A program made the translations under genes and the position numbers. The notes beneath the pieces are model-generated. The model made no database searches. It was given only the letters and a program-made list of their open reading frames with translations, and was not told the origin of the DNA. A stretch of 63,096 bases of DNA, counting the filler, from Octopus bimaculoides (lineage: Eukaryota), in assembly GCF_001194135.2 (NCBI RefSeq). It is 4 parts of 3 records of this genome, joined end to end, with 100 filler letters (N's around TTAATTAATTAA, not from the genome) between each part and the next. Parts side by side here need not be neighbours in the genome. Positions count along the whole stretch, not along the records: positions 1 to 22,661 come from NC_068982.1; 3 more parts are not named here. One strand, given 5' to 3'. This document shows, piece after piece, positions 1-11,023 of this stretch. Each line of letters begins with the position of its first letter. The stretch's first letter is position 1.

Positions 1-195
1 ATATATATATATATATATATATATATATAGCAAAAGAGGGGTTGTATTTTCATGCAGGAGAAAATATAGACAAATTTGTTGTTGAAAATGCACCTAAATT
101 TGAAAAACTTGTAATTCTTTAAAACAAATTTATTTACATATATACCAAACTAGTTTCAACAATATTTTTTCATTGTCAATGGTAAAAATTTAGAA

Positions 196-603
196 GGCGC
201 AGGAGTGGCTGTGGATAGGTGCAGGAGTGGCTGTGTGGTAAGTAGCTTGCTTACCAAACACATGGTTCCAGGTTCAGTCCCACTGCATGGCACCTTGGGC
301 AAGTGTCTTCTATTATAGCCTCGGGCTCACCAAAGCCTTGTGAGTGGATTTGGTAAACGGAAACTGAAAGAAGCCCGTCGTATATATGTATATGTATATA
401 TATGTGTGTGTTTGTGTTTGTCCTGCCAGCATCGTTTGACAACTGATGCTGGTATGTTTACGTCCCCATAACTTAGCGGTTCGGCAAAAGAGACCGATAG
501 AATAAATACTAGGCTTACAAAGAATAAGTCCTGGGGTCGATTAGCTTGACTAAAGGCGGTGCTCCAGCATGGCCGCAGTCAAATGACTGAAGTAAAAAAA
601 GAA
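196..603 (+). mobile_element. tRNA-derived SINE, family A (tRNA head, CORE-like segment, internal microsatellite, CR1-like tail); first ~20 bp of head duplicated
   Basis: A-box-like TGGCTGTGTGG, B-box-like GGTTCAGTCCC, CORE-like ACCTTGGGCAAGTG, tail GGCGGTGCTCCAGCATGGCCGCAGTCAAATGACTGA; more than 10 copies in window. Confidence 0.9.
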
Positions 604-736
604 AAATTATGAATTAGAAAAACAGCTTTAAAAGTTTCAATGCTGACAACATTGAGACTTTTAAAAATATTTTTCTAATTCATAATTCTAAATTCTATAT
701 ATATTTATACATATATACATACATATATACATATAT

Positions 737-1123
737 AGGTGCAGGAGTGACTGCATGGCAAGTAGATTGCTTCTCAACTACATGGTTCCGTGTTCAGTCC
801 CACTGAGTGGCACCTAAGACAAGTGTCTTCTACCATAGCCTCGGGCTGACCAAAGCCCTGTGAGTGGATTTGGTAGACGGAAACTGAAAGAAGCCTGTCG
901 TATATATGTATATGTTTATGTGTCTGTGTTTGTCCCCCCACCATTGTCTGTGTTTATCCCCCCACCATTGTCTGTGTTTGTCCCCCAGTGTGATTTAGCA
1001 GTTCAGCAAAAGAAACTGATAGAATAAATACTAGGCTTACAAAGAATCAGTTCTGGGGTTGATTCGTTCGACTAAAGGCGGTGCTCCAGCATAGTAGCAG
1101 TCAAATGACTGAAACAAGTAAAA
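737..1123 (+). mobile_element. SINE family A with short internal tandem triplication (TGTCTGTGTTTGTCCCCCACCAT)
   Basis: Same head and tail as 196-603; repeat unit visible at ~921-987. Confidence 0.9.
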
Positions 1124-1213
1124 CAATATATATATATTTATGTAACATATGGTATAATCATAAACAGGGCAAATTTTAGCTATTTCTCTGCAGACAGAAA
1201 GAGATGATAAACA

Positions 1214-1257
1214 ACCTTCATTGACTTTTGAACCTTATTGGGTTCTCATCAGAGGTA
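1214..1257 (-). ncRNA. Degenerate hammerhead-like motif
   Basis: Minus strand ACCT-CTGATGA-GAACC-caataa-GGTTC-AAAA (G12 replaced by A) ... AGGT; helix II perfect, helix III unclear. Confidence 0.3.
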
Positions 1258-1379
1258 TCCACAACATTCTGACAGTCTCCAGAGAAACAAACAGCCAAAC
1301 TGTTTATATACTCAACAAATGCAACAGTTAATCTATGAAGGAATCCCTAATTTGCATACTGAAACTGTGTGCATGTTTA

Positions 1380-1614
1380 TCATCGTCATCATCATCATCA
1401 TCGTTTAACGTCCGCTTTCCATGCTAGCATGGGTTGGACGATTTGACTGAGGACTGGTGAAACCGGATGGCAACACCAGGCTCCAATCTAATTTGGCAAA
1501 GTTTCTACAGCTGGATGCCCTTCCTAACGCCAACCACTCAGAGAGTGTAGTGGGTGCTTTTACGTGTCACCCGCACGAAAACGGCCACGCTCGAAATGGT
1601 GTCTTTTATGTGCC
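1380..1614 (-). mobile_element. RTE-type LINE 3' end (3'UTR plus (GAT)n tail), runs into gap
   Basis: GTTGGCGTTAGGAAGGGCATCCAGCTGTAGAAA motif and GGACGTTAAACGATGATGAT tail; the same sequence is joined to an RTE ORF at 30246-30842. Confidence 0.85.
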
Positions 1615-2289
1615 NNNNNNNNNNNNNNNNNNNNNNNNNNNNNNNNNNNNNNNNNNNNNNNNNNNNNNNNNNNNNNNNNNNNNNNNNNNNNNNNNNNNNN
1701 NNNNNNNNNNNNNNNNNNNNNNNNNNNNNNNNNNNNNNNNNNNNNNNNNNNNNNNNNNNNNNNNNNNNNNNNNNNNNNNNNNNNNNNNNNNNNNNNNNNN
1801 NNNNNNNNNNNNNNNNNNNNNNNNNNNNNNNNNNNNNNNNNNNNNNNNNNNNNNNNNNNNNNNNNNNNNNNNNNNNNNNNNNNNNNNNNNNNNNNNNNNN
1901 NNNNNNNNNNNNNNNNNNNNNNNNNNNNNNNNNNNNNNNNNNNNNNNNNNNNNNNNNNNNNNNNNNNNNNNNNNNNNNNNNNNNNNNNNNNNNNNNNNNN
2001 NNNNNNNNNNNNNNNNNNNNNNNNNNNNNNNNNNNNNNNNNNNNATCCATTCTCACCACATGTCCATGCAGTGTGGAAGGTGTTTATAAGCTATTTAAAA
2101 ACATACAAAGACCGTTAGATTCACTTCAACATTTAAATTTAATTTGCCAAAATATTTTTGTTGCTTTGAGACCATGACCTGTTCACTGACAAATTTCCAT
2201 GCTGCATCTTTGTTAAAGAGGACAACAGGTAACAAACAACAAATTTTGTGCTGCATATTTGTTAAAGAGGACAACAAACGCTAAGGCAA

Positions 2290-3210
2290 GACAAACATCT
2301 CAAGTCATATACATTATTATTATTAGAAAAATTTTAGGTATTACAGTGGTTTCTGGAATATCTCAAAATATAGGACATCCCATCATCGGAGACAAATAGG
2401 GAAAATGTGAAGGGTATAGTTTAAGGAAATTATGAAATAAAGGAGTGGAGATATAAAGAATTGAAGAAAAAAGAAACATAAAAGTTCATGGTTCAACTTT
2501 TCAATAGTATAGATGCTAGTCTATAAGTCTTTAGGTACAATCCTATGTAAATCCAGATGAAGAGAAGAAGTAAGAGTCAAGAGAGGAGAGGGTCAGATGA
2601 AGAGAGGATGGGAGTTGATCCCATATTTGTGTATTAAGGCTACCACTGGTCTCATGTAAAGAAAAATATTTTAATATCTTAACAATTTTTCAAGCTAATT
2701 ACACAGAGGAACAGTGTTCTCCATTTTAGATTAAAAACAAAAAAAAGTCTCATTGGATTTGTGGAAATTTTCGTAAAGGAAACAATAAACCAAAGGGCGC
2801 TGCTCTTGGATGGCATCTTTTGAGTGCTTAGATTTGATTTTGGGAAAACAGTCATGCTGGATGGTAAGTTTGTTTGCATTATCTCATAATATAATCTGGG
2901 TGTATGAGATGTTCATATGCTTGTGTGCTGAGGTAGTTCATTATGGGGTTATATTTCTTCTGCGTATGATGTTCATGTATTGTGTATATTCAAATTTTAT
3001 GTTCAGGAAAGAGACTATTCTTGTGGGATTCACAACACAGGCAGTGGTTACTCTTTGAAGTGTCTAAGTGTGAAATATTGCTTGTGTATGTAGGGAGAGA
3101 AGATTTCATCCCTAATATGTAAGATGTCATTTGTTGACTGTATGATATTTAGCTTTTTCAGTGATACAGAGTTCACATTTGTTATCCTGTTCTCTGTATT
3201 TTCTGGCTTT
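2290..3210 (-). mobile_element. Penelope-like (Naiad-like) element 3' remnant: GIY-YIG C-terminus plus terminal region
   Basis: Minus translation ~3210-3050, ARKYREQDNKCELCITEKAK..(frameshift)..IRDEIFSP.IHKQYFTL, matches the CxLCxxEK..LNxRxEI..CxH pattern; hammerhead-like motif at 2342-2389. Confidence 0.65.
2342..2389 (-). ncRNA. Degenerate type I hammerhead ribozyme
   Basis: CCGATGA (U4 to C)-TGGGA..TTCCA-GAAAC-CACT-GTA; flanks GTCT/ATAC match the GTCT/AGAC helix I of the 24119 copy except at one base. Confidence 0.5.
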
Positions 3211-3364
3211 AGCTAGAAAATACAGAGAATGGGGTACCATTGCCTCATGGGGGCAATGACAAGTGACTGAGACCTTTGGTGATATGCTGTGCTTGAGAAG
3301 ACCAGTCTAGCCAAGTAAAATGATAGTTGTAGCAAATGCCAGTTTTGTGTAACTGACACCCATG

Positions 3365-3578
3365 CAAATGTGCACACCACCTTGAGTGTGAGACAGTTTT
3401 GGGCCAGAAATGGCATGACCCCACTTACCCTACTTTGCTATTCACCTGATCTTGCTCCCTGTGACATTTTTTGTTCTCTCGAATGAAAAAAGTCCTTAAA
3501 GGAAAACGTTTTGGAAATGTGGAAAAGGTGAAGTAAAAAATGAAACAGGTATTAAACGGCGTCACTTTGCATAAGTTC
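3365..3578 (+). mobile_element. Mariner transposase C-terminal fragment
   Basis: SVRQFWARNGMTP...YSPDLAPCD.F.FSRMKKVLKGKRFGNVEKVK; same family as 18038-19332. Confidence 0.85.
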
Positions 3579-3579
3579 G

Positions 3580-3958
3580 CGCGTGAAGAAGACAGACAAA
3601 TTCTGTTTATGTATGTGTGAGAGAGTCACTGAGGGAGGAAGGGAGGGAGGCAGATTGTTTGCTAGCGTCTAACAAAAAAAAAGTCAAGAAAAACTGGGAA
3701 TGGGAGAAAGAAAGCGTTTAATGAGAAAGAAAAGGAAGATAAAATGTCAGCGTTCATCAAAAATTTAAATGTCAATTTTCTTTTTTTCTTCTTAAACATG
3801 AGATATAGGTTCGATGTCTTTGAAAGACACTATATTTTATAATGAGATTATATATACTTTCTCACACAACAATTAAAATATATTCTGTTGTGTCTGGGGA
3901 GAGTCATTTTCTTTTCGTGCCTTAAAATTTAACACACTCACTGTTAAAATTTCCACTT
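3580..3958 (+). mobile_element. Non-autonomous repeat body (probably Helitron-related), interrupted by a Penelope insertion
   Basis: Shares TTCTTCTTAAACATGAGATATAG with 6481-6503 and TTGAAAGACACT with ~14124; its last ~34 bp recur inverted at ~5200-5232. Confidence 0.4.
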
Positions 3959-4601
3959 AGATAAGATTATAAGTAAGGATACCAGTTGTACCTGCCCTAG
4001 ATATAGAAACAAAGAATGGAATAGGATGCAAAGAATTTGTGACAAAGCCAACAAGGCAAACACGTGGTATAAAACCGACAGATACCAAGGAGTGATGTTT
4101 GTAGAGGCCACAGCCCATGGAGAACTAGCGCGTAGGTTTAGAAAAACTCTGAAGGAGTCCAAACTCAACATTAAGATTGTTGAAAAGACAGGGAACTCCA
4201 TCAGGTCGCAACTATGTAGGACATACCCCTTTGAGAATACCATATGTACCAATGATAACTGCATGGTATGTAGGATTAGCCCTGGCATTAACTGCAGAAA
4301 TAGAAACGTAGTTTACAGCATAAAATGCATAGAAGGTGCTTGTAAAGACCTTAATATGACATATATAGGTGAAACTTCTAGGAGCATTGCGGAACGGCTA
4401 AACGAATATATGAGACAATATGACGACAAAAAACAGTCCTCCATACTCTACCAACATGCCAAAGACCAGCATGGAGGTAACTTGGGTCAACTTGACATCC
4501 ACATCTTATCCAAGCACCCAAAAGACCCAACTCTAAGACAAATATGGGAGTATGTCCTTATAAATGAAACTTCCCCAATACTAAATAGGAAATATACGTA
4601 G
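3957..4601 (+). mobile_element. Penelope-like (Neptune-like) element, 5'-truncated: Cys-rich linker plus GIY-YIG endonuclease ORF
   Basis: Open frame ~3957-4601: P-YRNKEWNR..K..WYK, MFVEAT.HGELA, C-x4-C-x2-C-x7-C linker, NVVYSIKC..YIGETSRS..ER, QH..D.H, RQIWE..LN; the usual EH is EY here. Confidence 0.9.
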
Positions 4602-4669
4602 TAGATATCATACCACCATACCCACATTTTACACAGGTACAGTAGAACAGTTGATGGGCTTTTATGCAG

Positions 4670-4686
4670 ATAGAGGTATGTATGTC

Positions 4687-4727
<41 letters not shown>

Positions 4728-5075
4728 ATGCACATGTATGTATGGGTAGGTACATAGAGTATATGAACAGACAACCACATAGGCAAATAGAGACTGAAAC
4801 ACATGACCACATATACATACACATTTGTCCACACATATGAAGATGTGCACCCATACATGCAAACATGGTACATAACAGCAGAGCACACACGCACACACAA
4901 GGAGAGAGAGGTACATACATACATATACACACACGCACACACATACATACATACATGCAAACACACACATACTTGCATATATACATATACATATATACAT
5001 ATGCACACACACAGACATACATACACATGCACACATACAGACATACATAAACATATATACATACACACACACTGA
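4670..5075. repeat. Degenerate (TG)n/(CA)n/(TA)n compound microsatellite
   Basis: Direct reading; source of the CVCVY/HTHT ORFs. Confidence 0.95.
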
Positions 5076-5876
5076 GACACACGCATGCGCAAAAAAAGAA
5101 AGAAAAGCAAATACAGAACGCAGCGTAAATAACGGACAGAGTCAAGACTATTGAAAAGGTTGCAAGACGCAATGAAAATTTTAGGAAAATAAAAATAATA
5201 AGTGGAAATTTTAACGGTGCGTGTGTTAAATTCGGATCTATTTTAAAACGGGGGCTACATTTTTCATTAATGTTTTACGTAGTGTTTTTGGTACGGAAAG
5301 ACTTTCAAACTTCGTATACTTATCTATTTTGTGTTATAGAACAGAAAAATATTTTTGTATTCGAATTTATTTCATGTAAAAAATTGTCTTATTTCGATAA
5401 TTTCAACCAATCNNNNNNNNNNNNNNNNNNNNNNNNNNNNNNNNNNNNNNNNNNNNNNNNNNNNNNNNNNNNNNNNNNNNNNNNNNNNNNNNNNNNNNNN
5501 NNNNNNNNNNNNNNNNNNNNNNNNNNNNNNNNNNNNNNNNNNNNNNNNNNNNNNNNNNNNNNNNNNNNNNNNNNNNNNNNNNNNNNNNNNNNNNNNNNNN
5601 NNNNNNNNNNNNNNNNNNNNNNNNNNNNNNNNNNNNNNNNNNNNNNNNNNNNNNNNNNNNNNNNNNNNNNNNNNNNNNNNNNNNNNNNNNNNNNNNNNNN
5701 NNNNNNNNNNNNNNNNNNNNNNNNNNNNNNNNNNNNNNNNNNNNNNNNNNNNNNNNNNNNNNNNNNNNNNNNNNNNNNNNNNNNNNNNNNNNNNNNNNNN
5801 NNNNNNNNNNNNNNNNNNNNNNNNNNNNNNNNNNNNNNNNNNNNNNNNNNNNNNNNNNNNATATTCCACGCCAGTT

Positions 5877-6059
5877 CGAGGCCTAAATATCGGCCTTTTC
5901 CGTAAAAAGTGTCTTCGGCGATCTTTACCAAAGATCGGCCTTTTCCGTAACACCCGCACGATCTTCACTACGGTGTTAGGGTTAGGGTACGGAAAAGGCC
6001 GATCTTTGGTAAAGATCGTCGAAGACACTTTTTACGGAAAAAGCCCATATTTAGGACTC
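5877..6059. repeat. Foldback palindrome (~70-bp arms) with central GTTAGGGTTAGGG
   Basis: 5882-5949 is the near-perfect reverse complement of 5988-6054; each arm contains an internal GATCTTT-acc-AAAGATC hairpin. Confidence 0.9.
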
Positions 6060-6502
6060 GTACCGTAAGATCGACATCCATTTATTTAACAATAATGAAA
6101 CAGCGAGGTATGTAACAATTTGTCAGTGTTCCATTTATTTTTTTCTTAGTGAAAATCGTGCGAGTGTTATCTAAAAATTTACCTGTACTTGATAAATTTG
6201 AGATTTAAAAATGTTTGCCATATTTTTCATCTCTGTAATTCCATTAGAAAATAAAACCCAATGACGATGTAATTAGCAACTAGCACATTTGGTTTCTTAG
6301 TTTTTGTTTGCTTTTTTGTTTAAATTCTTTACTTGACTGTTATATTTCTTACGAAGAGTGAAAAAATGTTTTCCATATTCTTAATCTCCGTATTTTCCCC
6401 GTACATTGAAAAATAGATGGTGAAAAGATCAATGTGTGTATGGCTGAATTTCCGAGGCTGAAAATGTAAAATGCTTTTCATTCTTCTTAAACATGAGATA
6501 TA

Positions 6503-6831
6503 GTTTCAAAAACAGGGTTTTGTAGCATATTTCTTATGTAGAGAGTCTGCATTCTTAATTTTTTTTATTATATATTTCAATTTCATTCTATTCTGTTTCA
6601 TTTTGCTTTATTTTTCAGCTGTTTGTTTGACGAACAAGTTACTCTTGATTGAAAACGACCGCGTAACGTTGTCTGTGTTTGAAAACAGTTTTGTTCTCAT
6701 TGCTGATTTTTCGTTCATCAGAATCGCAACTTCAGCTTCATTTGTGCCTCTATTTAATCATATTTCCCCATTGTTTCAAAAACAGGGTTTTGTAGCATAT
6801 TTCTTACGTAGAGAGTCTGCATTCTTAATTT
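6503..6831 (+). repeat. ~59-bp direct repeat pair, 270 bp apart
   Basis: GTTTCAAAAACAGGGTTTTGTAGCATATTTCTTA(T/C)GTAGAGAGTCTGCATTCTTAATT at 6503 and 6773. Confidence 0.9.
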
Positions 6832-6874
6832 ATTTTATTATTTTATTCATTTTCTCTCTCTCCCAATTTACAAA

Positions 6875-7000
6875 ATGCCACCTAAGAAAAGAATCTGTCT
6901 CGGGCGTCGAACGGCTGCTGCGTTAGCACAGAGGGCTAGAAGGGTCAATGAGATTTCTCACGAAGAACTTTTCAGCACCTTGTACAAGAAGCACACTTAA
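6875..7000 (+). mobile_element. Helitron RepHel N-terminal remnant
   Basis: MPPKKRICLGRRTAAALAQRARRVNE, typical basic MP(P/R)K.R..LGR.T...A.RA.R.NE start of animal Helitron proteins (recalled pattern). Confidence 0.6.
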
Positions 7001-7409
7001 ATGATAAGGCTGATCAAAAGATTGGGGGAAACACTGATCTGAAGCTAAGTATTGCAGAAGCTTCCTTCTTTTATAATTTTCCATAGGTCATTGATAATTT
7101 GCTGAGTTCTATTCATTGGACAGTTATAACCAGTTAAAAGTCAGGCTAATTTTGTTAGCTAAGTTCATTGTTTGGCACTATTCTAATGTAATAGAAATTC
7201 TTGTGGACAACGTACTGAACACTATCATTTTTGTTTTATTTTTTGCTTTCTTTAATACACGCACACACATATAAAATACACTTTAAGAGAAATAAAGTTT
7301 CCCCAAAATTAAATATAACTGATACAATAAATGTAAATGTCAGTGTGCCATGCTCTTTCAACTTTACTCCTAGAGGCTGTAACCCAACATATCATACCAT
7401 TTTGGAATC

Positions 7410-7695
7410 AGGCTAACTCCTTTAGTAAATTTAAAATGTTCTGGGTTGAATCCGGACCTACAATTCTGAAATTGTGGATGTTCATAACAGTGATTGCTTA
7501 CGGTGATTTTTTTTTTTTTTTTTTTTTTTTTTACATGACTTTTGGTGACAAATTTTTTTTTGTATAACTATTTTTATAAAGGCTAACTCTGTGAGTAAAT
7601 TAAAAACATTCTGGGCTGAATCTGGACCTGCAATCCTGAAATTTTGGATTCCAATGTTCTCATTACTGCAATTGTTTTCGGTGATTTTTTTTTTC
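7410..7695 (+). repeat. Diverged tandem duplication (~170-bp period) ending in poly-T
   Basis: AGGCTAACTC..AGTAAATT..AA..TTCTGGG.TGAATC.GGACCT.CAAT.CTGAAATT at ~7410 and ~7580. Confidence 0.8.
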
Positions 7696-7717
7696 CATGA
7701 TTTTTTGTGATGAATAT

Positions 7718-7800
7718 GATAACCATTGGGATATATGACTCTGGAGGAAGCAATTGCAGCAAATTCTCCAAAACAACTCAGAGATCTGTTTGCAGATCTT
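7718..7800 (+). mobile_element. Helitron RepHel internal fragment
   Basis: DNHWD-(2-nt insertion)-MTLEEAIAANSPKQLRDLFA matches the Helitron D.HW..TL.EA....SP.QLR.LFA motif. Confidence 0.75.
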
Positions 7801-8192
7801 CCCATTCAGGGTCAGTTGCTTACAAGCTGCCTGATAGGGCGACTTTTAAGGTAGTTTATATTATATTATAAGTTAAATTATGAAGTCTAACACTTTCAGT
7901 GATGATTACAAATGAGGCCAGATCAAATGTAAATAGACGAGGGTTCTATAGTTAATATATATGTATATAGAGACTATGGAGAATTAACAATGGTAAAATT
8001 ACTACAGCTTTCTTGAAGATGGAAAACAAATTTGTTTTATTCATGTTTTATAACTATTTGTAAGTATTAATTTGTTATTGTTCACAAGAGGACTTCTGAG
8101 TAAAGAAGAAAATAAAGGTACAAAAATCATCATCTCAAACTGAAAGGCAGAAGGTTTGGTGGATGAATAGAACTCCTCAGTCAGCCACTCAC

Positions 8193-8350
8193 CTATACCA
8201 GCACTTTTGTCACTACCATGACAAGAACAGTCTAACACCGCAACAGCATAAAGTAAAACAAACTACAAACACATTGACAACAGTTCCAGCAGGATCAATA
8301 ACATGAACAGATGAACACTTACATATCCTGCATCAACTTCACTGTTGTAA
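8193..8350 (-). CDS. Two candidate small exons of an unidentified gene (8323-8350; 8193-8262 or 8193-8231)
   Basis: Donors ATAT|GTAAGT and ATAG|GTGAGT; the joined reading YNSEVDAGY|FVLLYAVAVLDCSCHGSDKSAGI needs a 60-nt intron; no homology recognised. Confidence 0.2.
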
Positions 8351-8599
8351 CTAGAACAACAGTGAATGATAAAATACAATATCACAATGCACATGCACAC
8401 TTGCATGCATGCGTGCACACACACACACACACGCACACACAAGTACAAGCAAAATTGGTGGGGCTTTGAGAAATTTGTCCTCAAAACACAACCAAGCAGA
8501 CTCCAGAACTTCAAGTCTAAATCTGGCACTAATTGGCACCAGTCTTAATGGGTACCATGTAGTGACGGTAAAAAAAGTATGCTGAGTCAATGGACTAGC

Positions 8600-10170
8600 A
8601 GCTTGGTACCTAAGGAGACAAATTTATTCTACTAGCCAGCATTGTTTGGCACTTGGTCAATAGATTAGTTAATTGCATGGAATCTGGATCAATCTGGATT
8701 TCCAAATTGATAGAAACTAAGATGAACAGTGTTGCTAGTCTCATCCAGAAATGGACTGAGAGCAAGCTATCTTTGAAAATCCCTTGGAATAATCTAGCTA
8801 GTTGATTCCCATTGATGCTCAGAGTTTCCCTCAAAAACATTGTCACTATTTCCCAGTATTAATCTTCTAAGAAAGCTAACATTGTAGTCCGATCAGTCAT
8901 AGAGCTTGGGTGGTACAGGGCTGTGAATGCATAACAGAAGTGAAAATATATACACCTCTGTTGTATATTGCCACCTCATTGTCATGCTTTATCTCAGTTT
9001 TTATCAGAACTAACTGGAGTGTCTGCTCTTATTTCCTGTGGAAAAATACAAATCACTTCTGCATAAAACTCTTAGTATGACATGTCTGATGCTGCACAGA
9101 CATGCATTGAGACTAAGGCATTCACAGCAATTCTTCATTGGTAAACATATGTCGTTGTCATTTTACAGGTATATCTTTCCATAGATCATATCTCTGATAG
9201 GGCTGCAGTTTTATGTCAAGCAAAAACACCAAGATTAGGTGACTGGTATATGGAACCATGTCAGGCATGCAACCCTTTGCCAATTGGGCTCCATAGTTGG
9301 TGGAACATCTATGTTAGATTTCTCTAGAAGACTAATGCTGGAGAAGAGTGACAGCATTCTTAGGGAAATTCTGTGGGGTCAATGAGGATTAAATCTTTGG
9401 ATTGTTCCAGTAAAAAATTTTTTGAGAGGGTGCTGAAAAGTTCCTGGTTTTAAGGGCTGGTTAGAGGCATAACCTTTGAAGTTCTTTTACAGGACTTAGA
9501 AAGACTGCTGCAATAAGTGTGTGAATCTGAGAGCAGAATATGTTGAATGAAATAATAATTAGCTGATCCTCTTCTATTTTCTTTTACCCAAAGCCAGGAA
9601 TATTTCAGCTGCTCCTCGTAGATAACTTTCAGGTATCTTTAACCTGGCAGTGCTACTAGGGAGCATTGCTAGTTCAAGTTCAACTTTTCACAGAAATATT
9701 GTTTGCCAGGCCTGTTGGTGATATGAATAAAGAAACAAACCATTCTGTATGCATTTGTTCAATATCCAAGTATTAATGACTTATGGTGTTAGGTTGAACA
9801 GATGTCACATGTAGGAGAAATCTAATTATTGTCTGAATTCATCTTGAGGATTCCTCTGCCACTTTCCTTTGGTCATGAAAAGCAGTTTTCCTGCTGTCTG
9901 GTGGATATAGCAAAGAAGGTCATTTGGTGGATAAGACTGGATGATTTAGGACAGAAACTTTCTCTTTCAGCAAGGTCCTTATTAGCTTTTGCAAATTTTT
10001 CTTGGGGATGATAGTGAAAGTAGAAAGCCCATTGTCTCTCCAGTTTTAAATTTTGGTGAAACCAATCCACTCTTGGATTTAAGCAATGGTGCAATGTTCC
10101 CCCCCCCCTTCTCAGTTCAGGCAGGCTTGATTAAAAGTTGCCTTGTTCATCACAGTGTGTTAGTACTTAT
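8600..10170 (+). mobile_element. Tx1/L1-clade LINE ORF2 3' half, heavily decayed
   Basis: KWTESKLSLK; TWQCY*GALLVQ; ETILYAFVQYPSINDLW (zf-RVT-like); LVDIAKKVIWWIRL. Confidence 0.7.
9422..9620. mobile_element. Mariner-type MITE inserted in the Tx1 fragment
   Basis: Imperfect ~30-bp TIRs GAGAGGGTGCTGAAAAGTTCCTGG / CCAGGAATATTTCAGCTGCTCCTCGTA. Confidence 0.75.
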
Positions 10171-10720
10171 TTTATTAAATGTATTCAACTACTTAAGAAT
10201 TACTTAAAGAAATTAAGCATCTGTTCTAGAATTTTACTATATCACCATATGTTTCTGTCACCCTTCTCACATTTTAATTTCTTGTTTTATAAAAATGTGG
10301 GCAAAGGTACTCTGTGACATTCAAATCATTCTCAAACAAAAGTGATATATTTAACTTCAAACAGAAATGTCATGATAATGGAAGTGGTTAATTATTATCA
10401 CAGTTTTTCATTGGCAACACTAATATTTGTGTCAAAGGATCATGTGGTGGTATTAAACTTGTGATGGGTTATGTTTTTAATCGAATGATGAATGATTATT
10501 TAATTCAATATTTATATAATTATCTTTTATCGTTTTATTGTTTGCTTGTTTCTGTCATTGGGCAGTAGCCATGCTGGGACACTACCCAAAACTTATTTTT
10601 TTAAGTTTCATACTTACTGTATTGATCTCTTTTGCTGAAACCAGCACCAGTTGTCAAGCTGTGAGTGAGAACAAACATAAGTGTAATGCTGAAGGTGGTA
10701 ATGTTAGAATATTCTTTTCT

Positions 10721-10918
10721 ACTCAAGGCACAAGGCCCGAAATTTTTGGGGAGTGGGGCCAATTGATTAGATCGACTCCAGCACTTAATTTATCGACCCT
10801 GAAAGGATGAAAGGGAAAGTCGACATCGGCAGAATTTGAACTCAGAATGTAAAGACTGATGAAATACCGCTAAGTATTTCGCCCAGCATGCTAATGTTTC
10901 TGTCAGCTCGCTGCCTTC
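10721..10918 (-). mobile_element. tRNA-derived SINE family B
   Basis: Reverse complement of GGCAGCGAGCTG..TCTGAGTTCAAATTC..CTTTCATCCTTTCAGGGTCGATAAA. Confidence 0.85.
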
Positions 10919-10982
10919 TTTAAGAATATTAAAATAGCTATGTATCAGTTGCTAGGCCATTCACTGGGTATTTGTCCAGAGA

Positions 10983-11023
10983 TAACCTTTCTAATGGACA
11001 TGTTGTGTCCATTAGAAAGGTTA
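10983..11023. repeat. Perfect 18-bp-stem hairpin with 5-nt loop
   Basis: TAACCTTTCTAATGGACA-tgttg-TGTCCATTAGAAAGGTTA. Confidence 0.95.

Noticed and set aside
1457-2177. ORFs of 170-265 aa spanning N runs (also 5270-6068, 17357-18154, 33555-34290, 59327-60050)
   Set aside because: Length comes from X residues in assembly gaps.
4487-5172. Long ORFs rich in C/V/Y/M or H/T (also 61240-61694, 49132-49402 and others)
   Set aside because: Translations of (TG)n/(TA)n microsatellites.
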